From Octopus vulgaris (lineage: Eukaryota): a DNA stretch of 64,000 nucleotides. The stretch is taken from assembly GCA_951406725.2 (NCBI GenBank), contig OX597834.1:16430001-16494000 (forward strand). The letters run 5' to 3'. This document shows, in pieces, positions 26,001 to 38,726 of the stretch. Position numbers and translations under genes: made by a program. Position 1 is the stretch's first letter; each line of letters begins with the position of its first letter. Under the pieces are notes generated by a model that did no database searches, was not told where the DNA came from, and worked only from the letters and a program-made list of their open reading frames with translations.

Positions 26001-27846
26001 TCCTGGTAAGCTACAGCAAAAGAACTAATACAAAGAAATGAAATAACAACCCGAAAATTCTGTGGACACTCAATCTACTAGAAATAGCAACCAAATCACC
26101 CTCAAATCAGAATCTACTGTCTATCTTATGTATGTTATGCCCGGAGAAAGTAAGACTGGGTGATCACAGTGGAAATGCCTCAATGTGGCTACTCAATTTG
26201 CTTGAAATAGCAACCAAATATCTTTGAAATTCATCTAACTTAGATGTAGTATCTATCATTTATCTTTTACTTCAATCACTGGATTGCGGCCATGCTGGGG
26301 CACCACCTTTAAGGATTTAGTCAGATTGCCCCTAGTATGTATTTCGAGTCTGATTGTTATTCTCTGAGTCTCTTTTGCCAAACTGCTATGTTATGTGGAT
26401 GTAAACAAACCGACACCAATTGACAAGCAGTGGTGGAGGCAAACAGAAAGATACACACACATACAGACATAAACATTTTGCTTTCCAATCACATGGTTCA
26501 AGGTTCAGTCCCATTGTTTGGCACCTTGGGCAAGTGTCTTCTACTATAGCGTTAGTCTTTGTGAAGATATGTTTCTTTATTAGCCACACAGGGCTGCACA
26601 CAGACAGGACAAATTACAAGGTAGAGCTTTTCTTTTGGGGATAAAAAAGGGGGTTTGGTTTTCGATCAAAAGGGATCGTAAAAGGAAAGAAAGAGGGAAG
26701 AAAAAGAGGGGGGGATAAAAAAAATCGATCAATAGGGATCGCTATCACAGAAATGTCAATATAAAGTGTAAAGGGGAGGACAGGTGGGGTTTACCCGTGG
26801 AAAGAAAAGCCTACGGAAAAGACCACGGTAACCTCGGTCAATGAAGTCACATGATAGCAGTCAGAATGATGGCTTCCCACTCATCATGTGTCAACAATGA
26901 GAGAGTCGAAGAAGAGGAGTGAAAGAGAGGGAACGGTGAAGGGGAGAGGAGAAGAATAGGGAAGACAGAGAAGAGACTAAATGGGCATATCCTGTCTCCT
27001 TAAATGTTCAGAACAATTTTTCCATTCTCTTGGCTTAACAGCCCTCACTGTTTGTTTTTATTGTTTTGTTCTCTTTGTTCAGTCTTTTGCTGTTTTTTCT
27101 TTTTTATTGCTTTTACTGTCTTGTTCTCACTGTCCTGTTCTTGTTAACACTTTCATCCTCCGCAAAAAATCCCAAATTTTATTTAATTAGCTTTGCGGGA
27201 AGGACTGTTTCAACGAAGACACGTCTTGTCCTTGCCTTCGAAACGCGGAGTAGATGAAACAGGGACAACTGAAGAAGGGGAATATTCTTTATGTTGTATG
27301 TCTCGTTTCCCTGTTTTTTTTTCATTGTCTTTGATGGCTGGGGATAAAAATTGGCCCTTTCTCATCTTCTATGAGGAATACTGAATGTCATCATGCACTA
27401 CCTGCCTGATAAGAAACTCAGACACTCCCATGTCCCAGGCGATGGACTTGGAGGGATCGTTGTCAATCATGGCCTGGACCAAACCAACAAATTCAGGATT
27501 TATTTTCTTATCAGAATGATCAGAGGGAGCTTGCCAAGCTGCTGTACCTTTGTAATCACCATTAGACTAATCCAACTCTTTCCAAATCCTCTGCGCTGTC
27601 CTCAGATTGACACCCAAACACTCTGAAATTTTCATATTGGAGCTGCCAGCATGAATGCCAAGCAGTACAGCATGTCATTTCCAAATTTCTGGCAGAGTGA
27701 ATTGTGTCATGGTGCTGTTTTTCTTGCAGACAGTGCCTAACTGACCATACAATACTATGTAGTCAACAAAATAAAAAACAAACAATGCACATGCACGAAA
27801 TTAAAAGTATAAAATGGGGACAATTTACCCATGGCACTCTGTATAC

Positions 27847-27892
<46 letters not shown>

Positions 27893-28159
27893 TCATCATC
27901 ATCATTTAACGTCCGTTTTCCATGCTAGCATGGGTTGGACAGTTTGAACCGGGGTCTGGAAGCCATGGAGGCTGCACCAGGCTCTAGTCTGATTTGGCAG
28001 TGTTTCTATGGCTGGATGCCTTTCCTAACGCCAACCACTCCGTGAGTGTAGTGGGTGTCTTTTACGTGCCACAGGCACAGGGGCCAGAGTAGGCTGGCAA
28101 ATGGCTATGATCGATTGGTGCTTTTACGTGTCACCGACACGGAAGCATAAAACATGGGT

Positions 28160-28510
28160 TGTGGCAGCCAAGGACATGCGTAGGTTGAAGCCAGGATGCT
28201 TCGCTGGATGTGCAATGTCAGTGTGCATGTTCAGCAGAGTGTAAGCATCTTGAGAGAAAAGTTGGGCATGAGAGGCATCAGATGTGGTTTGCAGGAGAGA
28301 AAACTGCGTCGGTATGGTCATGTGATGCATATGGACGAGGGCAGTTGTGTAAAGAAGTGCTGATCTCTAACTGTGAAGGGAACCCGTGGTAGAGGTAGAC
28401 CCAGGAAGACATGCGATGAGGTGGTGAAGCATGATCTTCAAACACTGGGACTTACAGAGGCAATGACTAGTGAGCAAGACCTTTGGCGATATGCTGTGCT
28501 TGAGAAGATC
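28160..28510 (+). mobile_element. RTE-type LINE ORF C-terminal fragment
   Basis: LRRYGHVMHMDE..CVKKC...GRGRPRKT motif with in-frame stops. Confidence 0.7.
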
Positions 28511-29494
28511 CTTCAAGTGAAATTGTAGTCATGGCTGTTGGTGGTGTCACATAACTGGCACCCATGCTCATGCCAGGTAAAAGGCACCTGAGCCTCACAG
28601 AGGCAATGACTGAGAAGATCCATCAAACCAAGCAAAATTGCAGTCGTGGCAGATACCTGTGTCACACAAATGGCACACAAAGCACCCATTACACACTCGG
28701 AGCGGTTGGCGCTAGGAAGGGCATCCAACCATAGAAATCATGCCAAATCAGACTGGAGTTTGGTGCAACCTTCCAGCCTGCCAGCCCTTGTCAAACCATC
28801 CAACCCGAGCCAGCATGGACAACAGATGTTAAATGATGATGATGATATATATACATTATATATATATGTATAAGTGTGTACACATACATTATATATATAT
28901 ATACATGTATATATATATATGTGTATACATGCATTTTATATATATATACATGTATATGTGTATGCACATATATATATATACATGTATATACGTGTATATA
29001 TATATATATACACGTGTGGCACGTAAAAAGCACCATCCGATCGTGGCCGTTTGCCAGCCTCGTCTGGCACCTGTGCCGGTGGTACGTAAAATGCACCCAC
29101 TACACTCACGGAGTGGTTGGCGTTAGAAAGGGCATCCAGCCGTAGAAACATTGCCAGATCAGACTGGGCCTGGTGCAGCCTTCTGGCTTCCCAGACCCCA
29201 GTTGAACCGTCCAACCCATGCTAGCATGGAAAGCAGACGTTAAACGATGATGATGATGATGCTGATATATATATATCATGGCTTTTCAACATGTGATCTC
29301 TTGAGCACCACCAGCTCAAATATTTTCTCCTCTGTCTTCCCTCCTTGGGATCTTTCCTTCTCCTTGTTTCCGACGAAGAGCTCCACTCGAAACGTTAAAC
29401 CCTCCTTCTTCCCTTCCTTCCTGAGCGTCAATAATACTTTAATTGTTCCACGTCCTGCGTTGCTGTGTTTTTTTCTGTGTTTTCTTGTTTGGAT

Positions 29495-29539
<45 letters not shown>

Positions 29540-29964
29540 GTATATGTGTCTGAGTGTGTGTATATATACGTGTGTGTGTGTGTGTGTCATTTTTCATGGT
29601 GTGGGGCAGTAAACTTAAGAACTGTCAGGTGAGGGGAAACAGTAAGCATCAAATGAAGTTAGGTTGTACCTTTATTAAGCAAAAGTAACTACAAAGAGCA
29701 GGGATCTTTGCAGCTGCCCCTCACCATCATTGGTTCCTGTTCAAGTATTCCAAGAACACTGAAAGAACTGATACAGGCGCTATATGAGATGTCTGAATAA
29801 AAGCCTTGATCATTCCATAATATGTATGGCTGAAGATTACACCTCTACATGGCTCAAAGCAAAAGCTCAAATACATCCGATTGCCTTTAAGCAAAATGGA
29901 AGTATACCTTTGATCGTGGATCAAGTCAGTCTTAGAAGTTAATCAACAACTTCCATTTTACATA

Positions 29965-30789
29965 CGAAGGGTTGTTGAAAAGTTCCCAGCTTTAACCCTT
30001 TAGTATTTGCATTATTCTATCAAAAGTAATGCTTATTTACTCTTTACTCTTTTACTTGTTTCAGTCATTTGACTGCGGCCATGCTGGAGCACCGCCTTTA
30101 GTCGAGCAAATCGACCCCGGGACTTATTCTTTGTAAGCCCAGTACTTATTCTATCGGTCTCTTTTGCCGAACCGCTAAGTGACGGGGACGTAAACACACC
30201 AGCATCGGTTGTCAAGCAATGCTAGGGGGACAAACACACACACACACATATACGCATATATATATACATATATACGAAAGGCTTCTTTCAGTTTCCGTCT
30301 ACCAAATCCACTCACAAGGCATTGGTCGGCCCGGGGCTATAGCAGAAGACACTTGCCCAAGATGCCACGCAGTGGGACTGAACCCGGAACCATGTGGTTG
30401 GTTAGCAAGCTACTTACCAAACAGCCACTCCTGAATCCTGCATTTATCTTGTAGCTTTGAGATTTTGATGAAGTAACTATTCATTTTTTTAGAATTATAT
30501 AGTAGGGCTGGTGTGAGAGGCCAGATATGGCCAGTTTGAACATAAAACAGGGGAGAATATTTTGGCCGGATATGGCCGGTTTAAATGCTAAAGGGTTAAG
30601 GGTGTTGCGAAAGGTCTGGTTAGAAACCCAACCTTCTGAGTTCTTTCACAGGGTTTCGGAAAACTTAAGGACCACTGCAATAAGTGTGTGAATCTGAGAG
30701 GTGGGGGGATATGTTGGATAAACTCATAATTAACTGATCCTCCTGTATTTTCTTTTACCCAAAGCCAGGAACTTTTCAGCACCCCCTTG
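29965..30789. mobile_element. Nested insertion: mariner-like MITE > piggyBac-like MITE (29996-30595) > SINE A (30039-30433)
   Basis: TA|CGAAGGGTTGTTGAAAAGTTCC...GGAACTTTTCAGCACCCCCTTG|TA; the inner element has TTAA at 29992-29995 and 30596-30599; an uninterrupted relative of the outer MITE is at ~57355-57570. Confidence 0.8.
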
Positions 30790-32821
30790 TATATTGACTA
30801 ATGTTGGTCCTGGATGCACTATGTCTAGGAACAGGCTGTGATGGTCACGGTTGGAACACCTTTGATCAATCAGAGGTATTCTAGGTCCCAGCAATGGCAA
30901 ATTGTCGATGAAAATATAAATCAACAAGGAAATAGAAACAGCAGCTAAATTTCCAACGTATTATGCTCTGTCAGCTTAAAATAAAGAGCCGGATATACTT
31001 AATTTTTTATGGCGTGGGACTTGGGGGGGGATTGGAAAATGAAGGGGGGGACATAGTGAGATTGTTTCTAAATATAGACACACAAGTAGTCAACGAAAAT
31101 GGGCAGATGATATCCTGATTGGTAGGTACTTTAGTTTACAGAACCGCAAAAAGGGGCAATGGATGACCTCAACGTGATTTGAACTCACAGCATGAAGAGT
31201 CGGAAGAAACAGGGTGAAGCATTTTAGCCACGATCGTACACTTTTTTTTTTTTAAAGCTTGTTCGAAACCATGGCGAAGAAGAAAGAATTATATGGATAC
31301 AAACAGCATTTTGTTTTCTTTAATTTCAATAAATTCCTTTACTTGATGCGGGAAGAGACCTTAATAATTTTAAAGAAAATTGGGAGGCGGGGCGGATATT
31401 TATTAACAAAACTGTGGTAGGGAAGTTTTGAAGGAGGGAGATTTAGCTGTTATTTCTAGCAACATGAACAATACATATATACAGAGAGAGAGACAATCTC
31501 TGCTGTTGTATAAAACAAAAGAGGATTTAAACACAGAAAAACGGACATATATAGATTATACATCAACCTAGACATAAACAAAATACCCCCTATAAAATAT
31601 GAGGGTGGATTGTCACAGCAGGAAGGCTTTTAATCAGAGATCTGTTTAGTCAGGGCCAACTTGTGGAGACAAAACAACTTGTAGATGAATAATGAATAGG
31701 TGCGTGTGAGATGTAAGATCCGGAATGTAAGGAAATTTATGGTCGTCTGCGGCATCGACCCAAAATTAACTCCATAAAAGTTTGTAGATAAAAAAATAAA
31801 TAAATCGAATATCAGGGGTGGGGGGTGAAAACTCCAACGCTTCGGACACTCGTCTTCCTTCAGGGGTGAAAATATAAATGTATATGCGAATATATTGGGA
31901 GAATAGAAAGCAAGTGAGAGGTTAAAGTTAATCCTGTGGTTACTAAGAAGCAAATATATTTCGTGATCTTCCCTAAAAAGGACAAGTGTCCGAAACAATG
32001 GTACTTTTTTTTCTTTTCATTCCACTCGACAAATGGAACTGACTGAATTTTAATTTTTATCTAAAATCTGTGATTAAAATATCAGCCAAATTTAGAGAAA
32101 AGTTTTCGTGCACGTAATTATAATTAATATAAATGATAATAGCGATTAGGGAAAGAAAGAATTTGGAACTGACGATATGATTCTGCTAGTGGCAACAAAA
32201 CCTGCCTCAGCTTGGCTCTGTTCGAGCAGACATAATCAAAGACGTTCTCAACGTGACCATCCCGTATCTTATTTCATCAACACTGTAAACTAGGACCACT
32301 AAGTTATGCTATACATCCTCCTTTTTTCTTTCTTTCTTTTTTTTTTAACAAAATTGTGGTAGGGAAGTTTTGAAGGAGGGAGATTTAGCTGTTATTTCTA
32401 GCAACATGAACAATATACATATACACAGAGAGAGACAATCTCCGCTGTTGTATAAAACAAAAGAGGCTCTAAACACAGAAAAACGGAAATATATTATAGC
32501 TTATACATCATCATCCTAGACATAAACAGAATCAGATACATATATATACATATATAAAACACAAAGTCAAAAGAGAAGTTTACAGAAAAGTATTAACAGT
32601 TGCATTATCATCATCATCATTATTATTATTATCATTATTATTATTAGTTATTATTATATCAATTTTTTAATTAACTTTTGCATCAGATCAGATTCAAAGG
32701 AGAAGCATTGTTTTTATAAAAGAAATCATTATTATTATTATCATCATTAGTAGTAACAGTAGTAAGTGTTATGTAGTTATTATTATTTTAGGAAAAAGTT
32801 ATTATTTGTTATTTAACCAAC

Positions 32822-32869
32822 CTCTTCGAACTTGAGATCATCGAAATTAATCTCTTCCACGAAGTCCAT
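32822..32869 (-). CDS. MAP3K7: TAK1/MAP3K7 coding exon 1 (MDFVEEINFDDLKFEE)
   Basis: ATG at 32869 with an in-frame TAA 18 nt upstream; 48 nt, phase-0 donor GAG|gttggt. Resembles vertebrate TAK1 LNFEEIDYKEIEVEE and joins in frame to exon 2. Confidence 0.85.
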
Positions 32870-33912
32870 GTCTTGTGTTTTTGTTTACTTTAATTAAAAT
32901 ATTGCAGCTCGAGGATTTAATCCAGTGAAATTCAAACGGTCAAACGACATTCAATAAACGTCATTCGATATATTCAGAAAATATTCAGAAAATATATACA
33001 CACACACCCTCAAACATATATCATATATATATGTATATATGCTGGTGTAAAAAGTCGATGACGAAGTGCTGGGGCACCTTGCAAATTTAATTGCTTCTTC
33101 ACAACATCGTCTTTCGTTGTTGTTGTTGTTTACGTAAAAAGTTTGTTCCGTGGGGGGGGGAATTTTTTTTTTTTTTTTTTGCTTCTTCACATGTAATTTT
33201 CCTTTTAGAACAAACTTCACCAGTTTTGCCGACTTTTCGTTCAATAAATAATTAATTACCAATTAATTAATTAATTGCAACACTTTCTCAACTTGTTACT
33301 TTTATTGCTGGGACGAGTTTTTTTCACTTTTTCTTTTTTCCAATTAAAAAAGAAATGTCTTTTACATTTTACATTCCAAGTTCTACGCTTATTTTCGCCT
33401 CATTTTCTTCGTAATTCTTCCTTTTTTGCTCTTAATTTTCCTCTCTTTTATGCTTCCTCTTGACACTTTGGTCTCTCCAGCCTAAACAAGGTTATTTAAT
33501 TGTCTTACACAAATTCTTTTATTATTATTTACATACTTGTATGTTTCAACTACATCACGGGTGTATATGCCCATGTATATATACATACATATGTATGCAC
33601 ACGTTAAATATTATACATATATAAATATATACACATACTCACACACACGCAAATCCTTGTTTCGCAGTAAAACGGAAACAAGACTAAAACATTGAATCTC
33701 TTGTGTTGGAAAACTGTTTTCGGTCAAGTCGCCCTTTTTTGCTCTACGGTAGCACAGAAGTGTTTCAATTCAGAGCAATTAACATCGTTGCTCGGCGCCG
33801 GACAAAGTGCTTAACGGTATTTCTTCTGGCTTTACGTACGTTCTGGTTTAAAATTCTACTGAAGTCGATATTATCTCTGTTTGTGTTTGGATCGTTATTC
33901 CAAACTGCTTAA

Positions 33913-34415
33913 GGCGGCGAGCTGGCAGAATCGTTAGCATGCCGGCCGAAGTGCGTAGCCGTATTTCGTCTGCTGCTACGTTCTGAGTTCAAATTCTGCC
34001 GAGGTCGACTTTGCCTTTCATCCTTTCGGGGTCGATTAAATAAGTACCAATTACGCACTGGGGTCGATATAATCGACTTAATCCGTTTGTCCACTCTATG
34101 TTTAGCCCCTTGTGGGTAGTAAAGAAATAGGTATTTCGTCTGTCGTTATGTTCTGAGTTCAAATTCCGCCGAGGTCGACTTTGCCTTTCATCCTTTCGGG
34201 GTCGATAAATAAAGTACCAGTTACACACTGGGTCGATGTAATCGACTTAGTCCCTTTGTCTGTCCTTGTTTGGCCCCTTGTGGGCAATAAAGAAATAGGT
34301 ATTTCTTCTGGCTCTTTATGTTCTGGATTCAAATTAAGAGGTCAACTTAATCTTTCATCCTTTTGGGGTCGATAAAATAAGTACCAGTTACGCACTGGGG
34401 TCGATATAATCGACT
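33913..34415 (+). mobile_element. SINE family B, tandem trimer
   Basis: The core repeats three times (near 33985, 34155, 34325) behind a single head. Confidence 0.8.
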
Positions 34416-35180
34416 ACCCCTCCTCCTCCTCCTCCAACACTTCAGATCTTATGCTTATCATTTCAAGGATTATTTCAAACAACTTTAGGTGGTGAACTAG
34501 CAGACTCGTCGTGCCGAACAAAGTGCCAAACGGCAATTCTTCCAGCTTTACGCTCTGGATTCAAATTCCGCCAAAGTCAATTTTACTTTTGATCCTTTCG
34601 GGGTAGAGTGCAATGTCAATGTACTCGACAAACCCTTTTCCCCACAATATTTCAGCCGCTATAATTACAATGGATTATTTCGGATTTTTGTAGAAGTTTA
34701 ATCTCCTGTTAATTTTCTTCTGTTCAGCAATATAACAATCAGTATTTTACTAACAGAGGGAAAACAAGAATAAGTTATTGGCGACAGAAAATGAAGAAAT
34801 GGTACCAGCTTTTGACAGAATGTGTTCAAGCGCTAGTGTATCATACCAGTATTTCTCAGAAGGAACAGGCCCCTCCTCCCGTCAATTTGAGTTGGGCTTT
34901 ATGGAGACACACTGACAGGTTTAATTAAGCTGGAATGATTCTAAGCTTTTTGAAACATCATGGCAGAGAAAGAATACAATTACAGATACAAAATATTTTG
35001 TCTTTTTCCTTGATAAGATGGGAAAGCAAAAAGGCAAAACAGAAAATTCACGAAGTCAGTGATAAAGCCTGGTATTTGTCTGATTAAGAACTGCTGGCAT
35101 TAAGGGTGTAGGGATTCGGGCCCTAACCGCAAAATTATCAGAATGTCACAACAGTTTCATGTGATTGATCTAAAATCCAA

Positions 35181-35234
35181 CCAATCAGCGTGAAGCTGTG
35201 ACGTGATCTGGCTTCTCGAATATTCTAGAAATTC
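35181..35234. promoter_or_regulatory. CCAAT box + CRE/ATF-like TGACGTGA + four-unit heat-shock element
   Basis: CCAAT 35181-35185; TGACGTGA 35199-35206; TTCtcGAAtaTTCtaGAA 35213-35230, a perfect alternating nGAAn array. Confidence 0.55.
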
Positions 35235-36480
35235 ATACCCCTTTACCTTAGTTAATCAGTTTGGTGCCTAGCTCACGGCAGATCGCTGCTGGCCTTCAAT
35301 CAAAACAAATCACGAGCAGGCCGCGGTTAGCCTTCAAGCAAGACTGATCGTGGTTCTCTTCTCCAGCTTCCACAATGTGAGGCAGTTATTGCATCTGCAT
35401 TTTTCTCTTCCATACAGCTGTCTCAGCCAACGAATTCATCTATTCTTGCTCGCTATTCTGATAACCAGAGAGTCTGTGATAATTTGCATATTTATATGCA
35501 CAGTTTACGGCGAGCTGGCAGAAACGTTAGCGCGCCAGGCGAAATGCGTAGCCATATTTCGTCTGCCGTTACGTTCTGAGTTCAAATTCCTCCGAGGTCG
35601 ACTTTGCCTTTCATCCTTTCGGGGACGATAAATAAAAGTACCAGTTTCGCACTGGGGTCGATGTAATCAACTTAATCATAATCGACTTAATCCCTTTGTC
35701 TGTCCTTGTTTGTCCCCTCTATGTTTAGCCCCTTGTGAGCAGTAAAGAAATATATATGCACAGTTTACTATTAATAAAATATGGTTTGAACATTTGTGAG
35801 TTATTATTTATTTATACATTCAGCCAGCTGATTTGTCATTCAGTTAAAGGATGCAGCATCATTCTTTCTAAGGACCAACCGTGTGACGATGGTCTTCAGC
35901 AAACACACAAATATGTAAGCTCACAAGAGTATATGTGAAACTGTGTGGTAAGTAGCTTGCTTATCAACCACATGGTTCTGGGTTCATTCCCACTGCATGG
36001 CACCTTGGGCAAGTGTCTTCTGCTATAGCCTCCGGCCGACCAAAGCCTTGTGAGTGGATTTGGTAGACTGAAACTGAAGGAAGCCAGTCGTATATATATG
36101 TATATGTATATATATATATATGTGTGTGTGTGTATATGTTTGTGTGTCTGTGTTTGTCCCCTCAGCATTGCTTGACAACCGATGCTGGTGTGTTTACGTC
36201 CTTGTAACCTAGCAGTTCAGCAAAAAAACCGATAGAATAAGTACTAGGCTTACAAAGAATAAGTCCCGGGGTCGATTTGCTCGACTAAAGGCAGTGCTCC
36301 AGCATGGCCACAGTCAAATGACTGAAACAAGTAAAAGAGTAAAATGAGGTGAATGGAATGGTGGATACCTGCACAAATGTGCCCTTCTATCGACTTTGTT
36401 TCTTCATGACTTTCTGAAGAGTGTATAGTTTATAATGAAATTTTCTACAAATACGTTTCAGATAGTGTAAATTTCAATTA

Positions 36481-36994
36481 CTGTAAATCTTTGAGCATAT
36501 AATCCACACTTTTTTCCCAAAATTTAAAGGTCAAAATCCCTAGTGCGTACTATACACTGGGTTAAAAATGTTAAATTATTTTCTAAGCAATGTCCGAGTC
36601 TCTATTTGCTGTCTGGCAATGTTTATTCAGATGCATTTTGTGATGTCAGGTGCGAAAATACCTTCAGCTAAGCCTGAAAGCAATGAAGTCATAAAAGGAT
36701 CGTCCATAACTTGCAGTAATCAACATTTATTAAACGTTATTACTGTTATTTCTTTATTTTCTGCAAAACAAAATGCACAAAAAAGCTACACGTTTGCATT
36801 ATGTTATATATACAATAATAATAAAGGACATTACCGTATACATTTTTACAAACAAAGGACATTGTATAGACTTCCTTGACTCAAGTTAGAGAAGGGGTGC
36901 GTATTATACACAAGGTTTAGGTTTGTCAGAGGTACAGCTCCCTAAAAATCCCGTGTATTATACTCAAGGGTAGACTATACTCGAGGATTTACGG
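36481..36994. mobile_element. Tc1/pogo-type MITE, TA TSD
   Basis: TA|CTGTAAATCTTTGAGCATA ... TATACTCGAGGATTTACGG|TA. Confidence 0.75.
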
Positions 36995-37335
36995 TATATC
37001 AGAATTTTGTGTGAAAGGAAAAAATAAATAAATAAATAAAAACTAGGAGGCAATATTTCAGGCACCTTGACTTTGTTTCCTCATACATTTTGATGAAGAA
37101 GATTATAATTATGCTGAAAAAAAATTCATGAGGACGATTCTGGCCTTTCCTTTCTGGAAAAGAATAATAATAAAATGAAATTTTCCATAGGTACAAGCGT
37201 GGCTTTGTGGTAAGAAGTCTGCTTCCAAAACACACGGTTCCGGGTTTGGAAGTGGCAAATGTCTTTTACTATAACCTTGGAACGACCAAAGCCTTGTGAG
37301 TGGATTTGGTAAAGGGAAACTGGAAGAAGCCCGTC

Positions 37336-37382
<47 letters not shown>

Positions 37383-37391
<9 letters not shown>

Positions 37392-37647
37392 AATAGTAAA
37401 AAGTGAAAAAACTACAGAAGGCTTGTTTTAAAAGGTTAAAAAATATATATTTGAGTCAATATGTCTGAAGAATGTTATAAATTTCTTCTATACTATGTCA
37501 TTGTATGTAAAAAATTTATAACATTCTTCAGACATATTGACTCAAATATATATTTTTTAACCTTTTAAAACAAGCCTTCTGTAGTTTTTTTACTTTTTAC
37601 TATTTTCTATATATTCAACCACGTGCTTTCACACACCAACTTTCTTA

Positions 37648-37685
<38 letters not shown>

Positions 37686-37850
37686 TAATAATAAGGGTTT
37701 TTTGCAACAAGACTACTATTTCCTTTTACTACAAAAAGGACTTATTTTTGTAGTACAAAGAAATAGTAGTCTTTTGGCTGCTATTTCTAAAATTTTCGGT
37801 ATGTGGTTAAGCAACTTGTTGCAAAAAACCCTTATTATTATAATTATATA
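37383..37850. repeat. Two long palindromes flanked by (TA)n
   Basis: 37383-37484 pairs with 37512-37613; 37676-37711 pairs with 37815-37850. Confidence 0.9.
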
Positions 37851-37957
37851 AATTTTTACCGAATATGGTCCTTTTCCATATCGAAATACTACTAGGTGAA
37901 ATTTGTTGATTTTATTAAATTAATTATATTTCACCCTATAACTGTAATGACTATATA

Positions 37958-38025
<68 letters not shown>

Positions 38026-38684
38026 TATGATGGGTTTTCTCGTTGAGAACAACAGATGAGTTTAGTAAAATGAAGAGGTAATCCTGTTCTATGGACATGA
38101 ATATGTCTCTTGAGGCCTCCTGGTGCTTTGCAAACCTTTTGGCAAATGAAACAAGTTGAGGACTCAGTTTTCTTGAGTGCTTGTCAATCATTTACTATGT
38201 GCTTTCTTGAGTGGACGGCAAGGCCTGCTTTGCTTCGTGCCACATGTCGCTCCAATTTTAGGAGGAGATTGGTCATGATCCTAGCTGTGTTTTTGTCAAC
38301 TTATTTTCCCCAAAGCAGATTTCGATTTGTGTGGATGGATGGAGTGAGGAAAGCTTTGGTAGTTTGAGGTGTTGGAATGAGAAAAGCAAGAGAGTTTATA
38401 AATGGTCGGAAAGCTTGGAGAGTGTTTGTGGATGGATGAGTGAATTTTGATGTTGCTTCAAGGGGTACGGAACCAGCATGATGCGGTGCGGGGGTAAACC
38501 AGCATATGCTGTTGGGCCCTGCTGCTGATATTGGGGGTTGCGTTCTATGCCTTGACCTGAGCATAGAACAGGGCTCGTCCCTTTCAGCTGGGAAATGAAT
38601 GGAAAGCCTGGTGTGTCTTGCTGGGGCAACACCCTCCTCAAAAACAAAATGGGGAATAGGCCTGAGTATATAATATGATATATG

Positions 38685-38726
<42 letters not shown>

